Positions 1 to 9,040 of a DNA stretch of 64,000 nt are shown here, in pieces. This DNA comes from a phage. Location of the stretch: sequence record PZ452594.1; one strand, 5' to 3'. Below the pieces are notes generated by a model, which had not been told where the DNA came from, did no database searches, and was given only the letters and a program-made list of their open reading frames with translations. The first letter of the stretch is position 1. Every line of letters starts with the position of its first letter. Made by a program: the position numbers and the translations under genes.

Positions 1-325
1 CATCACAAACTTGCTGAGTAACTAATTGAGGTTTAACTACATCTAAAACTTCTGCCATATCTTTAGAATAATGACGAGCACCTGGAATAATAAGAGTTCG
101 TCCATCTTTTAATTTAAAACGGTTGGCTGCACAGACAATTCGTCGTTGATACTTTTGGTTTTCATCCCAATATGCAGTCTGCCAACAGATTTCAGGAACT
201 TCTTTCAGAATATCTTCTTCTGTACATTTATAACCATGCGCTTTAAATTTTTCAACAAGACTTTCTGGAGTCTCACGAGATAAAGGCACATTCAGCATTT
301 TTAAACGATTAATAAATGGGTTCAT
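1..325 (-). CDS. hypothetical protein, N-terminal ~108 codons only (gene continues past left edge)
   Basis: Truncated minus ORF absent from track; ATG at 325-323 ([16 protein letters not shown]...); ATGA overlap with stop of ORF 322-651; no family recognised. Confidence 0.4.
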
Positions 326-651
326 TTAAACCATCCTTTAATACGTTGCCACAAAGTTTTCTGTTGAGCTTTGTTAACACCAATTGAGCGAATAACTGGT
401 TGAGATTCCTGGAATTCTTTATAATCAGCAAGGTAAATTTCGTAAGCTGCATCCGTAAATGAACTTATCGCTGCCATAAAATTATTGCGAATACCTACTG
501 GAGCATCTTTACTTTCACGAATAATCATGTATTTACCAGTCTTAATCTTTACAATAGTTCCAAGATAAGCTCCATGGTACCAAATATCCCAACCCTCTTG
601 TGTAGGTTCTGCACAACGACGAAGTTCATTAACAATTTCTAACTTGTTCAT
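322..651 (-). CDS. hypothetical protein (109 aa) downstream of motA
   Basis: ORF track; 10 nt downstream of motA stop; no family recognised. Confidence 0.5.
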
Positions 652-661
652 TATTTATTCC

Positions 662-1297
662 TCACAGTTCAGATGCTACAGTGATTACAGCTTCAATGTT
701 TTCTGCTGAGCGTTTAATGTCAAGATACACATTACCGTTTTTAGCGATTTTACATGACATTCCGATGTCAGTAAATTTCTGAATATGATGTTCCATCATT
801 TTGTATCCAAAAATTCGCATATTTCCATTATTGTTAATTTCAAAATTGCGAATTCCATGAGTACGTTTTTCTAAAATAGCAAGATAATTACTACGATAAG
901 TTTCAACCTTTTTAAGAACAAATCCATTTTCATCTAAAAGTTTTAACATGAGGTCTTTATCTTCTTCCATATCGGAAGTAATCTCGCGAGCTTTACGAGT
1001 TGCTCGTTTTTTCAGTAGTTCCGGAGCATTTTCCTGTGCGTATAAAGTTGCTGCGTTTGAAATAATATCCTGAGCTTCACCTGTAATGATTAATCCATCA
1101 CCAGATTTCTCCACCAGGCCTTTTTTAATCAATACCCCAATATTACTATTAACTACTGCGTTACCTAAATCTGGATGCACCTCACGAACTTCTGCAGCTG
1201 TAATGAAATCTTTCTTAGCAATAGTAATTAAAATCGCAGCAGTTTTTTCATTCAGAACATCGTTAGAAGTTTTGATGATGTAAGTTACTTTAGACAT
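662..1297 (-). CDS. motA: MotA, activator of middle transcription (211 aa)
   Basis: Protein MSKVTYIIKTSNDVLNEK... recognised as T4 MotA; length 211 aa matches. Confidence 0.9.
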   Translation of the reverse strand: MSKVTYIIKTSNDVLNEKTAAILITIAKKDFITAAEVREVHPDLGNAVVNSNIGVLIKKGLVEKSGDGLIITGEAQDIISNAATLYAQENAPELLKKRATRKAREITSDMEEDKDLMLKLLDENGFVLKKVETYRSNYLAILEKRTHGIRNFEINNNGNMRIFGYKMMEHHIQKFTDIGMSCKIAKNGNVYLDIKRSAENIEAVITVASEL

Positions 1298-1338
1298 TTT
1301 CTAATCTCCGTAATTCTGTATCAGTAGTTGATAGTTGT

Positions 1339-1368
1339 ATAGTACCACAGTATGCTTTGGTTGTAAAC
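1339..1368 (-). promoter_or_regulatory. T4-type early promoter upstream of motA
   Basis: Minus sense GTTTAC (rc of 1363-1368), 18-nt spacer, -10 TACTAT (rc of 1339-1344); ~45 nt upstream of motA ATG. Confidence 0.45.
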
Positions 1369-1390
1369 CGTTTTGTGAAAAAAATTTAAA

Positions 1391-1418
1391 ATAAAAAAGG
1401 GAGAGCCTCGGCTCTCCC
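1391..1418 (-). terminator. intrinsic terminator after the gene 52 operon
   Basis: Hairpin gggagagcc/ggctctccc (1399-1418) followed in transcript sense by a U-run (plus A-run 1393-1398). Confidence 0.55.
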
Positions 1419-1423
1419 TAAAA

Positions 1424-1573
1424 TTACTGCTCGAACGCGATAACTATCGTGATAACACGTTGAATTCCGAACGCAAGAAGACCTCCTGCTACGGCTGGAA
1501 CAACGCCTAAACCCGCCAGTAAAATGCTACCAGATACTAATGCAGCGCTTGTAATACCTATGAATGGACTCAT
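1424..1573 (-). CDS. small hydrophobic membrane peptide (49 aa)
   Basis: Hand-translated MSPFIGITSAALVSGSILLAGLGVVPAVAGGLLAFGIQRVITIVIAFEQ; ATG overlaps gene 52 stop in ATGA; below track size cutoff. Confidence 0.45.
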   Translation of the reverse strand: MSPFIGITSAALVSGSILLAGLGVVPAVAGGLLAFGIQRVITIVIAFEQ

Positions 1574-2898
1574 TTGATTTCCTCTAAATCTTTGGCGTAT
1601 TCTGTAACTACATCAGTAGTTTTCCAATATTCGTTTTCTTCTTTTTTAGCTTTAGCTTCTTCAGCAAGTTTCTTCGCTTCATCGGAAGTCATATGAAAAA
1701 TATTCATTCCAACTAGTTTATCAACATAAGAAGAATACATATCGATTTTCGAAAGTTCTTCGGTCAGTTCTTTACGAGTTTTACCCTGTACAACAATTTC
1801 ACCTGAAATTACTTTCTTAATGAAATGTGCCTTGGCAAAGGCTAAACGAAAAGCTGACTCAGTTTCTTTAATTTTGTTATCAATTCGTTTTTGAACATAA
1901 GTTTTACGAACTTCAACAAAGTCTTTAATTAAATCAACTACGTTATCGTAAACTTGTAGTTTTCCTTTCTCATTAATGACGGTAATATTCTGAGAACGAC
2001 GCTCAATCAACCCGAAGTCTTTCATAATTTTTGCATGGCGTTCTTCTTCGTTATCGCTCAAAGAATATTCTTTACGGAATTTAACTTTGAACCCAAAACC
2101 ATGCTCACCACAAGCATCATCCCACGTAATGAAGCCTTTATCTTCAAGTGGGTCTAAGATTTTACTCACATAAGTTTCACGATCATACTTATACGGAATC
2201 TCAGTGATATGCATTTGAGTTCGTGAAGTAAACTTATATGTTCCACGAATTTCATATTGCCCATCAATTTCAACGACTTCACCACGAAATTCTGGGAATT
2301 CTACCTTCGGTTTAGTTACTTTCTTTCCTTGAAGAGCTTGTAATACAGCTTTCTTAACAGAAGAAACACTATGAGGAAGAATGTAAGTTGCATAACCAGT
2401 TGCAATACCGGAAACGCCATTAAGAAGAACAGTAGGAATAATAGGCAAATAGAAAGCAGGCGGAATGTGTTCTTTATCTTGATGTACCGGAGCATATTCA
2501 GTATCTTTATATACGTTATAGAAATTTTTACTTACACGAGCAAAAATATAACGACTTGCTGCTGCTTTTTGGACGGTACGAGAACCAAAGTTTCCTTGAC
2601 CATCTAACAGAGGAAAGTTATTATTCCAAGTGTTAGCCATCAAAGCACCTGCGTCTTGCGCAGAGTTTTCACCATGATGATATCCAAGGTCCGCTACACC
2701 GCCTGCGATAGAAGCGAGTTTGTGAAACTTATCTTTATTTCCTCGTGCCAAATCAAGAGCTCGAGCAATAACAAATCGTTGAACTGGCTTAAATCCATCA
2801 ATCATATTTGGAATGGCACGATTTTCAACCGTGTACATAGCATAAGCCAATGCTTCATTATCAATGATACTTTTTAAATCGCGATTATTCAGTTGCAT
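1570..2898 (-). CDS. 52: DNA topoisomerase II medium subunit gp52 (442 aa)
   Basis: MQLNNRDLKSIIDNEALAYAMYTVENRAIP... recognised as T4 gp52 (GyrA-like cleavage-religation subunit). Confidence 0.93.
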   Translation of the reverse strand: MQLNNRDLKSIIDNEALAYAMYTVENRAIPNMIDGFKPVQRFVIARALDLARGNKDKFHKLASIAGGVADLGYHHGENSAQDAGALMANTWNNNFPLLDGQGNFGSRTVQKAAASRYIFARVSKNFYNVYKDTEYAPVHQDKEHIPPAFYLPIIPTVLLNGVSGIATGYATYILPHSVSSVKKAVLQALQGKKVTKPKVEFPEFRGEVVEIDGQYEIRGTYKFTSRTQMHITEIPYKYDRETYVSKILDPLEDKGFITWDDACGEHGFGFKVKFRKEYSLSDNEEERHAKIMKDFGLIERRSQNITVINEKGKLQVYDNVVDLIKDFVEVRKTYVQKRIDNKIKETESAFRLAFAKAHFIKKVISGEIVVQGKTRKELTEELSKIDMYSSYVDKLVGMNIFHMTSDEAKKLAEEAKAKKEENEYWKTTDVVTEYAKDLEEIK

Positions 2899-2902
2899 AA
2901 AT

Positions 2903-3043
2903 TTACCATACTAGTGAATGTAGTGCCATAATAACATCAGAAATGAAAAGCACGACTTGAATTAATCCGAACATTACTCCATAATATAGTGCTATTAATA
3001 AAATAGCAAGGGCTAATGAATAGCCCAAGATTTTCTTAATCAT
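2903..3043 (-). CDS. small hydrophobic peptide (46 aa)
   Basis: Hand-translated MIKKILGYSLALAILLIALYYGVMFGLIQVVLFISDVIMALHSLVW; immediately upstream of gene 52. Confidence 0.4.
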   Translation of the reverse strand: MIKKILGYSLALAILLIALYYGVMFGLIQVVLFISDVIMALHSLVW

Positions 3044-3191
3044 TAGATAACAACACAAATGTTAAATATGCACACATACCCTGAGCTAAAGCTTGCGAAA
3101 ACACACTGCTGGCATCAATACAGATAGTTAAAACACATGCTACTATCCAACAAATAAATGAAATAACTCCTAATAATTTTGCAATATTCAT
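3036..3191 (-). CDS. small hydrophobic peptide (51 aa), ac-like by position and size
   Basis: Hand-translated MNIAKLLGVISFICWIVACVLTICIDASSVFSQALAQGMCAYLTFVLLSND; T4 has the 51-codon ac gene in this neighbourhood (from memory). Confidence 0.4.
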   Translation of the reverse strand: MNIAKLLGVISFICWIVACVLTICIDASSVFSQALAQGMCAYLTFVLLSND

Positions 3192-3278
3192 ATTTTCCTC
3201 ACTGGCGTCCGAAGACGCCTTTAGTTTTAAAATTATTACGATAGAACTGCATCACATGTTCGTTATGGAAATTACTCA

Positions 3279-3737
3279 TTAATATGCCTGCAAAACAAAT
3301 TTAAAGTTATCAGCCAACATACGGTTCATTTCTTCAAGTGTTTGATACTCAGAATGATGATTACGAGTAAACGCCAAAGCTAACTGACCTTTACCAAATC
3401 CTGTCGTCAGAGGTTTCATCTTAGAAGCAGGCAGATAAAATACTGTGTATGGAACATTGTTATTTGCAATAGTACGTGCAAGCTGAGACCGACGTTGACG
3501 AATATGACTTAGAACTGCACTGAATCCTTGCTTAGAACGCTGATTACCTACATAAAATCGTGCAGACACACATGGATTACTAAATGGACGACCATCTAAT
3601 TTACTTACTAAAAAGTAAAATCCAGGTTTAGATAAAATATCTTTATGCGGAGTTCCCAAAAACCATTCACCACCCTTGATTGTACCAATAACGGTAGCGC
3701 CCGCATTATTCAGATCAGTAACAGTCATGTATTTCAT
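3279..3737 (-). CDS. ndd: Ndd nucleoid-disruption protein (~152 aa)
   Basis: [35 protein letters not shown]... recognised as T4 Ndd; start moved to internal ATG with SD AGAGGA (track ORF 3279-3785 begins at a non-ATG codon). Confidence 0.8.
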   Translation of the reverse strand: MKYMTVTDLNNAGATVIGTIKGGEWFLGTPHKDILSKPGFYFLVSKLDGRPFSNPCVSARFYVGNQRSKQGFSAVLSHIRQRRSQLARTIANNNVPYTVFYLPASKMKPLTTGFGKGQLALAFTRNHHSEYQTLEEMNRMLADNFKFVLQAY

Positions 3738-3797
3738 ATTAATTTCCTCTAAATTATTTTCTACTCCAAGGCCGCATGAATACACACGGCCATTAAA

Positions 3798-4013
3798 TTA
3801 ATCGTCGCAGTCGACGCTCAATTCCCAAAACTCTTCTACGGTATAAGTTTCAGTATCATTTTCAATACAGAAACGTTCATTACTATTGTTTGCTAAAGTA
3901 GCGTTAACTGTCATTTTCTCGCTGGTGCTCTTAAGAGGTGAAATACGAATTAACTGATCGCCGTTATCTAAACAAAAAATTTCACCAACTTTTACATCTT
4001 TAAAGATTTTCAT
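3798..4013 (-). CDS. hypothetical protein (71 aa)
   Basis: ORF track; position corresponds to T4 ndd.x small ORFs. Confidence 0.5.
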   Translation of the reverse strand: MKIFKDVKVGEIFCLDNGDQLIRISPLKSTSEKMTVNATLANNSNERFCIENDTETYTVEEFWELSVDCDD

Positions 4014-4128
4014 AATTCACCTCAAGGAGTATAAAATCCAAACGCAGTTGTTGACCATCCCATCCAATACGGGAAATTTGCGCCAATGTAAAACATAAGA
4101 ATATAAAACCAACCGCTCAGCAAATTCA

Positions 4129-4326
4129 TCATTTTACACCATTCCAAATTGTTTCAATCACGGATTTTAAACCATTTTGATGAATATCAATTCCGACAAC
4201 TGCCATCAAATAGATTCCAACTACAACTGAACCCAAGGCGAAAATCAGCATGAAAATGAATAAAGCCGGAAAAATATTATCGAAAAACCATTCAATAAAT
4301 GTAAAAGCACTGCGTTTACGCTTCAT
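4129..4326 (-). CDS. small membrane protein (~65 aa)
   Basis: ORF track 4129-4347; start moved to ATG with SD GAGGAAAAT; hydrophobic core IFPALFIFMLIFALGSVVVGIYLMAVV. Confidence 0.5.
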   Translation of the reverse strand: MKRKRSAFTFIEWFFDNIFPALFIFMLIFALGSVVVGIYLMAVVGIDIHQNGLKSVIETIWNGVK

Positions 4327-4333
4327 ATTTTCC

Positions 4334-4447
4334 TCACATAAATCCAAAGTAAACGTTTAATACATCAATCATTAAAACGATTGGGAATATACTCAAAACT
4401 ATTAGTATTATAACTACATTCCATATAGCTTTAACAATCTTTTTCAT
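4334..4447 (-). CDS. small membrane peptide (37 aa)
   Basis: MKKIVKAIWNVVIILIVLSIFPIVLMIDVLNVYFGFM preceded by SD GGAGGAACAG; C-terminal part of track ORF 4334-4582. Confidence 0.45.
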   Translation of the reverse strand: MKKIVKAIWNVVIILIVLSIFPIVLMIDVLNVYFGFM

Positions 4448-4475
4448 TTTCTGTTCCTCCGTAGTTGATAGGGTA

Positions 4476-4505
4476 ATAGTACTACGGAGGAACAGTCTTG
4501 TAAAC
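4476..4505 (-). promoter_or_regulatory. T4-type early promoter flanked by a 14-bp inverted repeat
   Basis: GTTTAC (rc 4500-4505), 18-nt spacer, -10 TACTAT (rc 4476-4481); inverted repeat ctgttcctccgtag / ctacggaggaacag spans the -10 and the downstream SD. Confidence 0.45.
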
Positions 4506-4754
4506 AACTTTTTTAAAAATATTCGTAATAAATGTGAATACCAATCACTACTGCCGAAACCTGTGCAACCCACCACGCACAAGCAATAAGTACAGAATTC
4601 AAAATTTTCATAATAACCTCATCACAAAAGTAAATGTTAAACAAATTACTGGAATACTAATTAACCAAACAAAACACCACCATAATGAACTCATAGTTCA
4701 ATCTCAGCGATTTTCATTTTATTCTCCAAATCTGTATCAGTAGTTGATAGTTGT

Positions 4755-4784
4755 ATAGTACCACGGTCCTTGTGGTATGTAAAC
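4755..4784 (-). promoter_or_regulatory. T4-type early promoter
   Basis: GTTTAC (rc 4779-4784), 18-nt spacer, TACTAT (rc 4755-4760); directly downstream of denB stop. Confidence 0.4.
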
Positions 4785-4799
4785 CATTTTGTGAAATTT

Positions 4800-5357
4800 T
4801 TAAATGGAAAGATACCATCCGTTGTAGTTGCTTTTTCTTACAACCTTACGAAGGTCTTCTCTGTCACCGATGAACTTCGGAGTGTACTGGATGACACCTG
4901 GATGAATTTCTTTAGTGTTGAATATAATTATACAGTCAGCGACTTGATGATTCAGAATGGGCCCTAGATTTATTCCAGAACCGTATGGATACTCTCCGCT
5001 GCATCCGGTTGTTACCGAAATCCATCGTGAGTCAGTTTGATGTGTTTTGACTTCTACACGAAGCCCACAGTATTTTGGATGCGCCAATACATCCCATGCA
5101 TATGTATATGGGTCATTAACATCCTCTTGGCCTTTGTTAACATACCCGCTTAGCCAATCTGCTACAAAAAATTCTGCGTACACAGCGATACGACATCTTT
5201 CAATAACTTCTGCTTTATCCTGGTTCGGGTTTTGTTTTAAAGAGTATCTTGCTGTATCAGCAATTTTGGCCTTCATTTCACTAGTCAAGTCACTGTTCGA
5301 TAGGGTAAATGTCGGAATCTGAAATAGTCTCTGCAAACCCGGATTCGTTTTCTGCAT
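4800..5357 (-). CDS. denB: endonuclease IV DenB (185 aa)
   Basis: 185-aa product, position between rIIB and ndd, sequence recognised as T4 DenB. Confidence 0.85.
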   Translation of the reverse strand: MQKTNPGLQRLFQIPTFTLSNSDLTSEMKAKIADTARYSLKQNPNQDKAEVIERCRIAVYAEFFVADWLSGYVNKGQEDVNDPYTYAWDVLAHPKYCGLRVEVKTHQTDSRWISVTTGCSGEYPYGSGINLGPILNHQVADCIIIFNTKEIHPGVIQYTPKFIGDREDLRKVVRKSNYNGWYLSI

Positions 5358-5420
5358 TTAAACTTTCCTTTATGTCGGAATCATAATTTCCCTTAAAACA
5401 AAAGGGCCGAAGCCCTTATT

Positions 5421-5615
5421 TTATTTGAATTGTGCAATTCTTTTTTCTAAACAATCTGCGTAAGATTTCATTGAGATGAACTGTGAAAGCAACAGTTCTT
5501 GCTCAACTGCACTAACCGTTAGAAACTTTGCGCTTTCTAAAAATTTGCTAAGTGCATTAATTTTGAGCATTAATTGATCGTATTCTTCTTTTACTCGTGC
5601 TTGATAACCTAACAT
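5421..5615 (-). CDS. hypothetical protein (64 aa) between rIIB and denB
   Basis: ORF track; flanked by CUUCGG hairpins at 5402-5417 and 5629-5646. Confidence 0.5.
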   Translation of the reverse strand: MLGYQARVKEEYDQLMLKINALSKFLESAKFLTVSAVEQELLLSQFISMKSYADCLEKRIAQFK

Positions 5616-5643
5616 AATTTTCCTTAGTTAAGGGCCGAAGCCC

Positions 5644-6582
5644 TTATTTAAATTGTTCAGTAACGTCTTCAACTACTTCGTATTGGCAGGTACGCATTTT
5701 AGCATCGTTGTAATCAATCGGAATTGATACTACATCACGCGGATGTACTTTAACTTTTACGACTCGGATGGTTGAACTGCCAAAGTGACGAATATAAGAT
5801 TTAGAACATACATGCAGACCACGAGAACAAGTTTGTGTATCATCGTCATTCACACGAGTACGTGGCATTTTAACTACTTTACCCGGACTGTTATCAAAGG
5901 TGTTTGAGTGACAGTCAAAGTAATTGCTGCGAACTACTTTCCAAGCATAGAAGTAACCATCTTCTGTAATTTCAATATCGTTTGCTACCAAGAAATCAAA
6001 GAGTCGAGATACTGCTTTTTGGCTCGGGTTTTCCAACAGATTTTCCAAGAACGGAAAATAAAATTCAAAGTTTTCGCCTTTTTCCATCGAATCGAGAATA
6101 CGATCAACTAAACCAGACCGCAATTCAATATTTTGATAGAACAAGCTTCCACCTTCAATTCGAACATCACCGGAAATATATTTTTCAACAGCGCGTCGAA
6201 CATTAATTTTTTGTGCAGCTTCTTCTAATTTATCTGCAACAAGCAGATTAAGAATTTCCTGGAAATTTGAATGAGTATTAGGGGTTGCGTTATAAGTTAC
6301 ACCATCAACAGTAATTGAAATGAATTTTTTAGATGCATTCCAAATAATGTCAGATTTAGCAACTGGAGCAATAACTGCATCGCTATTAACTTTAACTGTA
6401 ATATCACCGCTAATAGTAACTTTAGGGTGTTTAGCTTCTTCAGCATTTTTCAAAACACGACGGATTGTGTCAACCGATACACCTTGCCAATCAGCCAATT
6501 CCTGCTGAGTGTAATTACCACTTGAATACAGTTTAACAATTTCAGCTTGTTCGTTTTTGGTCAGGCATTTAATATTGTACAT
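5644..6582 (-). CDS. rIIB: rIIB rapid-lysis/membrane integrity protein (312 aa)
   Basis: MYNIKCLTKNEQAEIVKLYSSGNYTQQELADWQG... recognised as T4 rIIB; 312 aa. Confidence 0.93.
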   Translation of the reverse strand: MYNIKCLTKNEQAEIVKLYSSGNYTQQELADWQGVSVDTIRRVLKNAEEAKHPKVTISGDITVKVNSDAVIAPVAKSDIIWNASKKFISITVDGVTYNATPNTHSNFQEILNLLVADKLEEAAQKINVRRAVEKYISGDVRIEGGSLFYQNIELRSGLVDRILDSMEKGENFEFYFPFLENLLENPSQKAVSRLFDFLVANDIEITEDGYFYAWKVVRSNYFDCHSNTFDNSPGKVVKMPRTRVNDDDTQTCSRGLHVCSKSYIRHFGSSTIRVVKVKVHPRDVVSIPIDYNDAKMRTCQYEVVEDVTEQFK

Positions 6583-6593
6583 AATTTTCCTTA

Positions 6594-8771
6594 TTAGGCC
6601 GCAAGGGCCTTCATAGTTTTGGCGATTTGGGAAACTTCATCATCACTTAAAGAGTTGCGATATCCGATGAAGTCGGAAACAATACGGAATTTCTTGGTAA
6701 ACTCAGCAACCATTTTATCACTGTTTTTTGAAGCATTATTTGATAATACATCAAAAAGATTAGTTACTGTCCAGATGTCATGACCGATGGTATCTTTTCC
6801 ACCATTGAAATATACGCCCCGTAATGAACTAACTATATTAGCGAGTCGTGTATATTCTTCAGAAACATCATCTGTACTGAAATACTTCATCATAAAATCT
6901 AGTTCAGGATATTTAATAATTTTATCAATATATCGTTGAGCTGAACTTGAATAACCTACATACTTATCATAATCTACATCATCAAAAGCATCTACATATA
7001 AATCACGCAAAGCTTCAAAAATACATTGGCACTGACCGAGTTCTTTTACCTTTTTCTGTAAAAGCGGACGAATAACATAAAATTCATTAATGCCAATAAG
7101 ATTAGCCATACGAATCAAAATATTCATAGATGGATGACAAAGAGATGTAGTACCATCCATAGAGAAAATATCAGAACGATGCATATACGCTACATAACCA
7201 GTAATTTCATCTGCTTCTGATGTGAGCGTAAATAATTCCTCTTTTTCCCAACGCCCATCTTTAATTTCAAACTTAAACGCTGTAGCAGCTTTAGGACGAG
7301 GAGCTTTACTTTTAACTACCTTTGGAATATAACTTTTTACTAAAGCTTCAATTTCTGACAAATAATGAATGTTAACTTCATCACTTTCAAACATCGCCAT
7401 AATATCAGGGAGTAAATCAATCTGCGATTCTACTTCTGGGTTAATAAACAGAAGGCGTTCGTTATGATGAATATTTAAAGTGTTATTAAATTCACTATCA
7501 TCTAACGCATGTGCTAATCCACGGACAATATTAACACGATTTTTAATATTATCAATAACGATATTAATTTTTGTTGTATTAATACCAAACAGACGATAAC
7601 TTGATGCAACGGCTGAAGTTTCATGACTTTGCTTAATGCGCTTCAGTCGAGGGTCAAGATTTACTTCATACACAACTCCTGCATTGCATAACTTACTATC
7701 AGGTTCAAACATGCTTTGCATCTTCTTATATGACAGATTTTTAGTCGTAAATTTGACTGAATTACTAATCATATAATCTCGAGCAGAATACCCCATCTTC
7801 ATCAATTCACGATATGTATGACGGGGAGATGTGGATTCTTTAAATCGTTTTACATCTTCATTAAATGCTTTCTCACTGAGTTCTTTAACTCGTTCAATAA
7901 TATTTTTACGAGTACGATCATCCAGTGAAAGAGCCTCGCGAGATGGAGCAATATCAAGTGAACCCATTGGAAACTTAATGTAATTCACTTCATTGCGAAT
8001 GCTTAGCCAGTTACGGTCTCTAATAACACCATCGATAGGATAAACAATACCGCCATAGATAGCATATAATCCACCACGATCAGGCCAGTATCTTTCTGGA
8101 TTTACACCATAATAATCATCAAAATCCGGAAAATAATCAATTTCACGGTCAAGACCATTAATGATAGCCAAATCTTTGAACGGTCGCATGATATAAGAAA
8201 CTTCATAAGCAAAGTTTCTAAAGTCTTTTTCTTCAACTGGAACTACGATTTCAATACCAGTTTTATCATCTGGACCCATTTCTTTTACGAATGTAGGTTT
8301 AATCTGTGGACCATCACCATCCATGTAAGCTACATAACCACGAATTTCACCTTTATGATACGAAGTAATACTAAACGTATCAGTATAACTAAATGGAGAT
8401 TTAGAACCTAAACCAAATCCGCCAATAAAGTCATTAGATTCGGCTTTCGATGAACTGAAGTATGAATTATACAACCCAGGAGAATTATCATCACCTTGAA
8501 TATCAAAATCACTCATACCCGGACCAAAATCTCGACAAACAAATCGTGGATCTAATCGTCCTGGAACTTGAATGATAAATTTTTCAGGATTTCCATTGAG
8601 AGCATGGGCATCAATCATGTTGGTAATCAATTCACGGACTACTGCGCGAATCTTGTTTGTATACAAATCAGATGACAGAATTTTAAATACTTTAGGATTT
8701 GCTGCGATGCTAAATGCTTTTGATTTAGCACCATTACCAAGAATTGTTTCTTTTTCAGTGGTGATAATCAT
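6594..8771 (-). CDS. rIIA: rIIA rapid-lysis protein (725 aa)
   Basis: [30 protein letters not shown]... recognised as T4 rIIA; 725 aa; 11 nt upstream of rIIB. Confidence 0.93.
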   Translation of the reverse strand: MIITTEKETILGNGAKSKAFSIAANPKVFKILSSDLYTNKIRAVVRELITNMIDAHALNGNPEKFIIQVPGRLDPRFVCRDFGPGMSDFDIQGDDNSPGLYNSYFSSSKAESNDFIGGFGLGSKSPFSYTDTFSITSYHKGEIRGYVAYMDGDGPQIKPTFVKEMGPDDKTGIEIVVPVEEKDFRNFAYEVSYIMRPFKDLAIINGLDREIDYFPDFDDYYGVNPERYWPDRGGLYAIYGGIVYPIDGVIRDRNWLSIRNEVNYIKFPMGSLDIAPSREALSLDDRTRKNIIERVKELSEKAFNEDVKRFKESTSPRHTYRELMKMGYSARDYMISNSVKFTTKNLSYKKMQSMFEPDSKLCNAGVVYEVNLDPRLKRIKQSHETSAVASSYRLFGINTTKINIVIDNIKNRVNIVRGLAHALDDSEFNNTLNIHHNERLLFINPEVESQIDLLPDIMAMFESDEVNIHYLSEIEALVKSYIPKVVKSKAPRPKAATAFKFEIKDGRWEKEELFTLTSEADEITGYVAYMHRSDIFSMDGTTSLCHPSMNILIRMANLIGINEFYVIRPLLQKKVKELGQCQCIFEALRDLYVDAFDDVDYDKYVGYSSSAQRYIDKIIKYPELDFMMKYFSTDDVSEEYTRLANIVSSLRGVYFNGGKDTIGHDIWTVTNLFDVLSNNASKNSDKMVAEFTKKFRIVSDFIGYRNSLSDDEVSQIAKTMKALAA

Positions 8772-8781
8772 AATTTCCTCA

Positions 8782-8985
8782 TTAATTCATATTGCGTTTA
8801 ATAACTTCAGCAACTTCTAGTAGTTCATCTTTAGTTGCGGTGTCGGATTGAATTTTATCTCTAATATCCTTAAAGCGGTTTTTAAACTCTTCGGCTTCTC
8901 CCATATCGAAAAAGCGTTGAATGATTCTATATTCTCGATGAACTGCTTTATCAAAAAGTTCTAAATTTACTCTGTATGATTTCAT
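8782..8985 (-). CDS. rIIA.1-like small protein (67 aa)
   Basis: ORF track; position between 39 and rIIA as for T4 rIIA.1. Confidence 0.6.
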   Translation of the reverse strand: MKSYRVNLELFDKAVHREYRIIQRFFDMGEAEEFKNRFKDIRDKIQSDTATKDELLEVAEVIKRNMN

Positions 8986-9010
8986 TTCAATATCCTCATT
9001 TGCCCAATTA

Positions 9011-9040
9011 ATTATACCACATCCTTGTGGTAAAGTAAAC
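9011..9040 (-). promoter_or_regulatory. T4-type early promoter upstream of rIIA.1/rIIA
   Basis: GTTTAC (rc 9035-9040), 18-nt spacer, TATAAT (rc 9011-9016); overlaps gene 39 stop. Confidence 0.45.

Noticed and set aside
6597-6610. Hairpin aggcc-gcaag-ggcct at the end of rIIA
   Set aside because: It lies within the rIIA coding sequence (encodes ...KALAA), has a short stem and no U-run; likely incidental.
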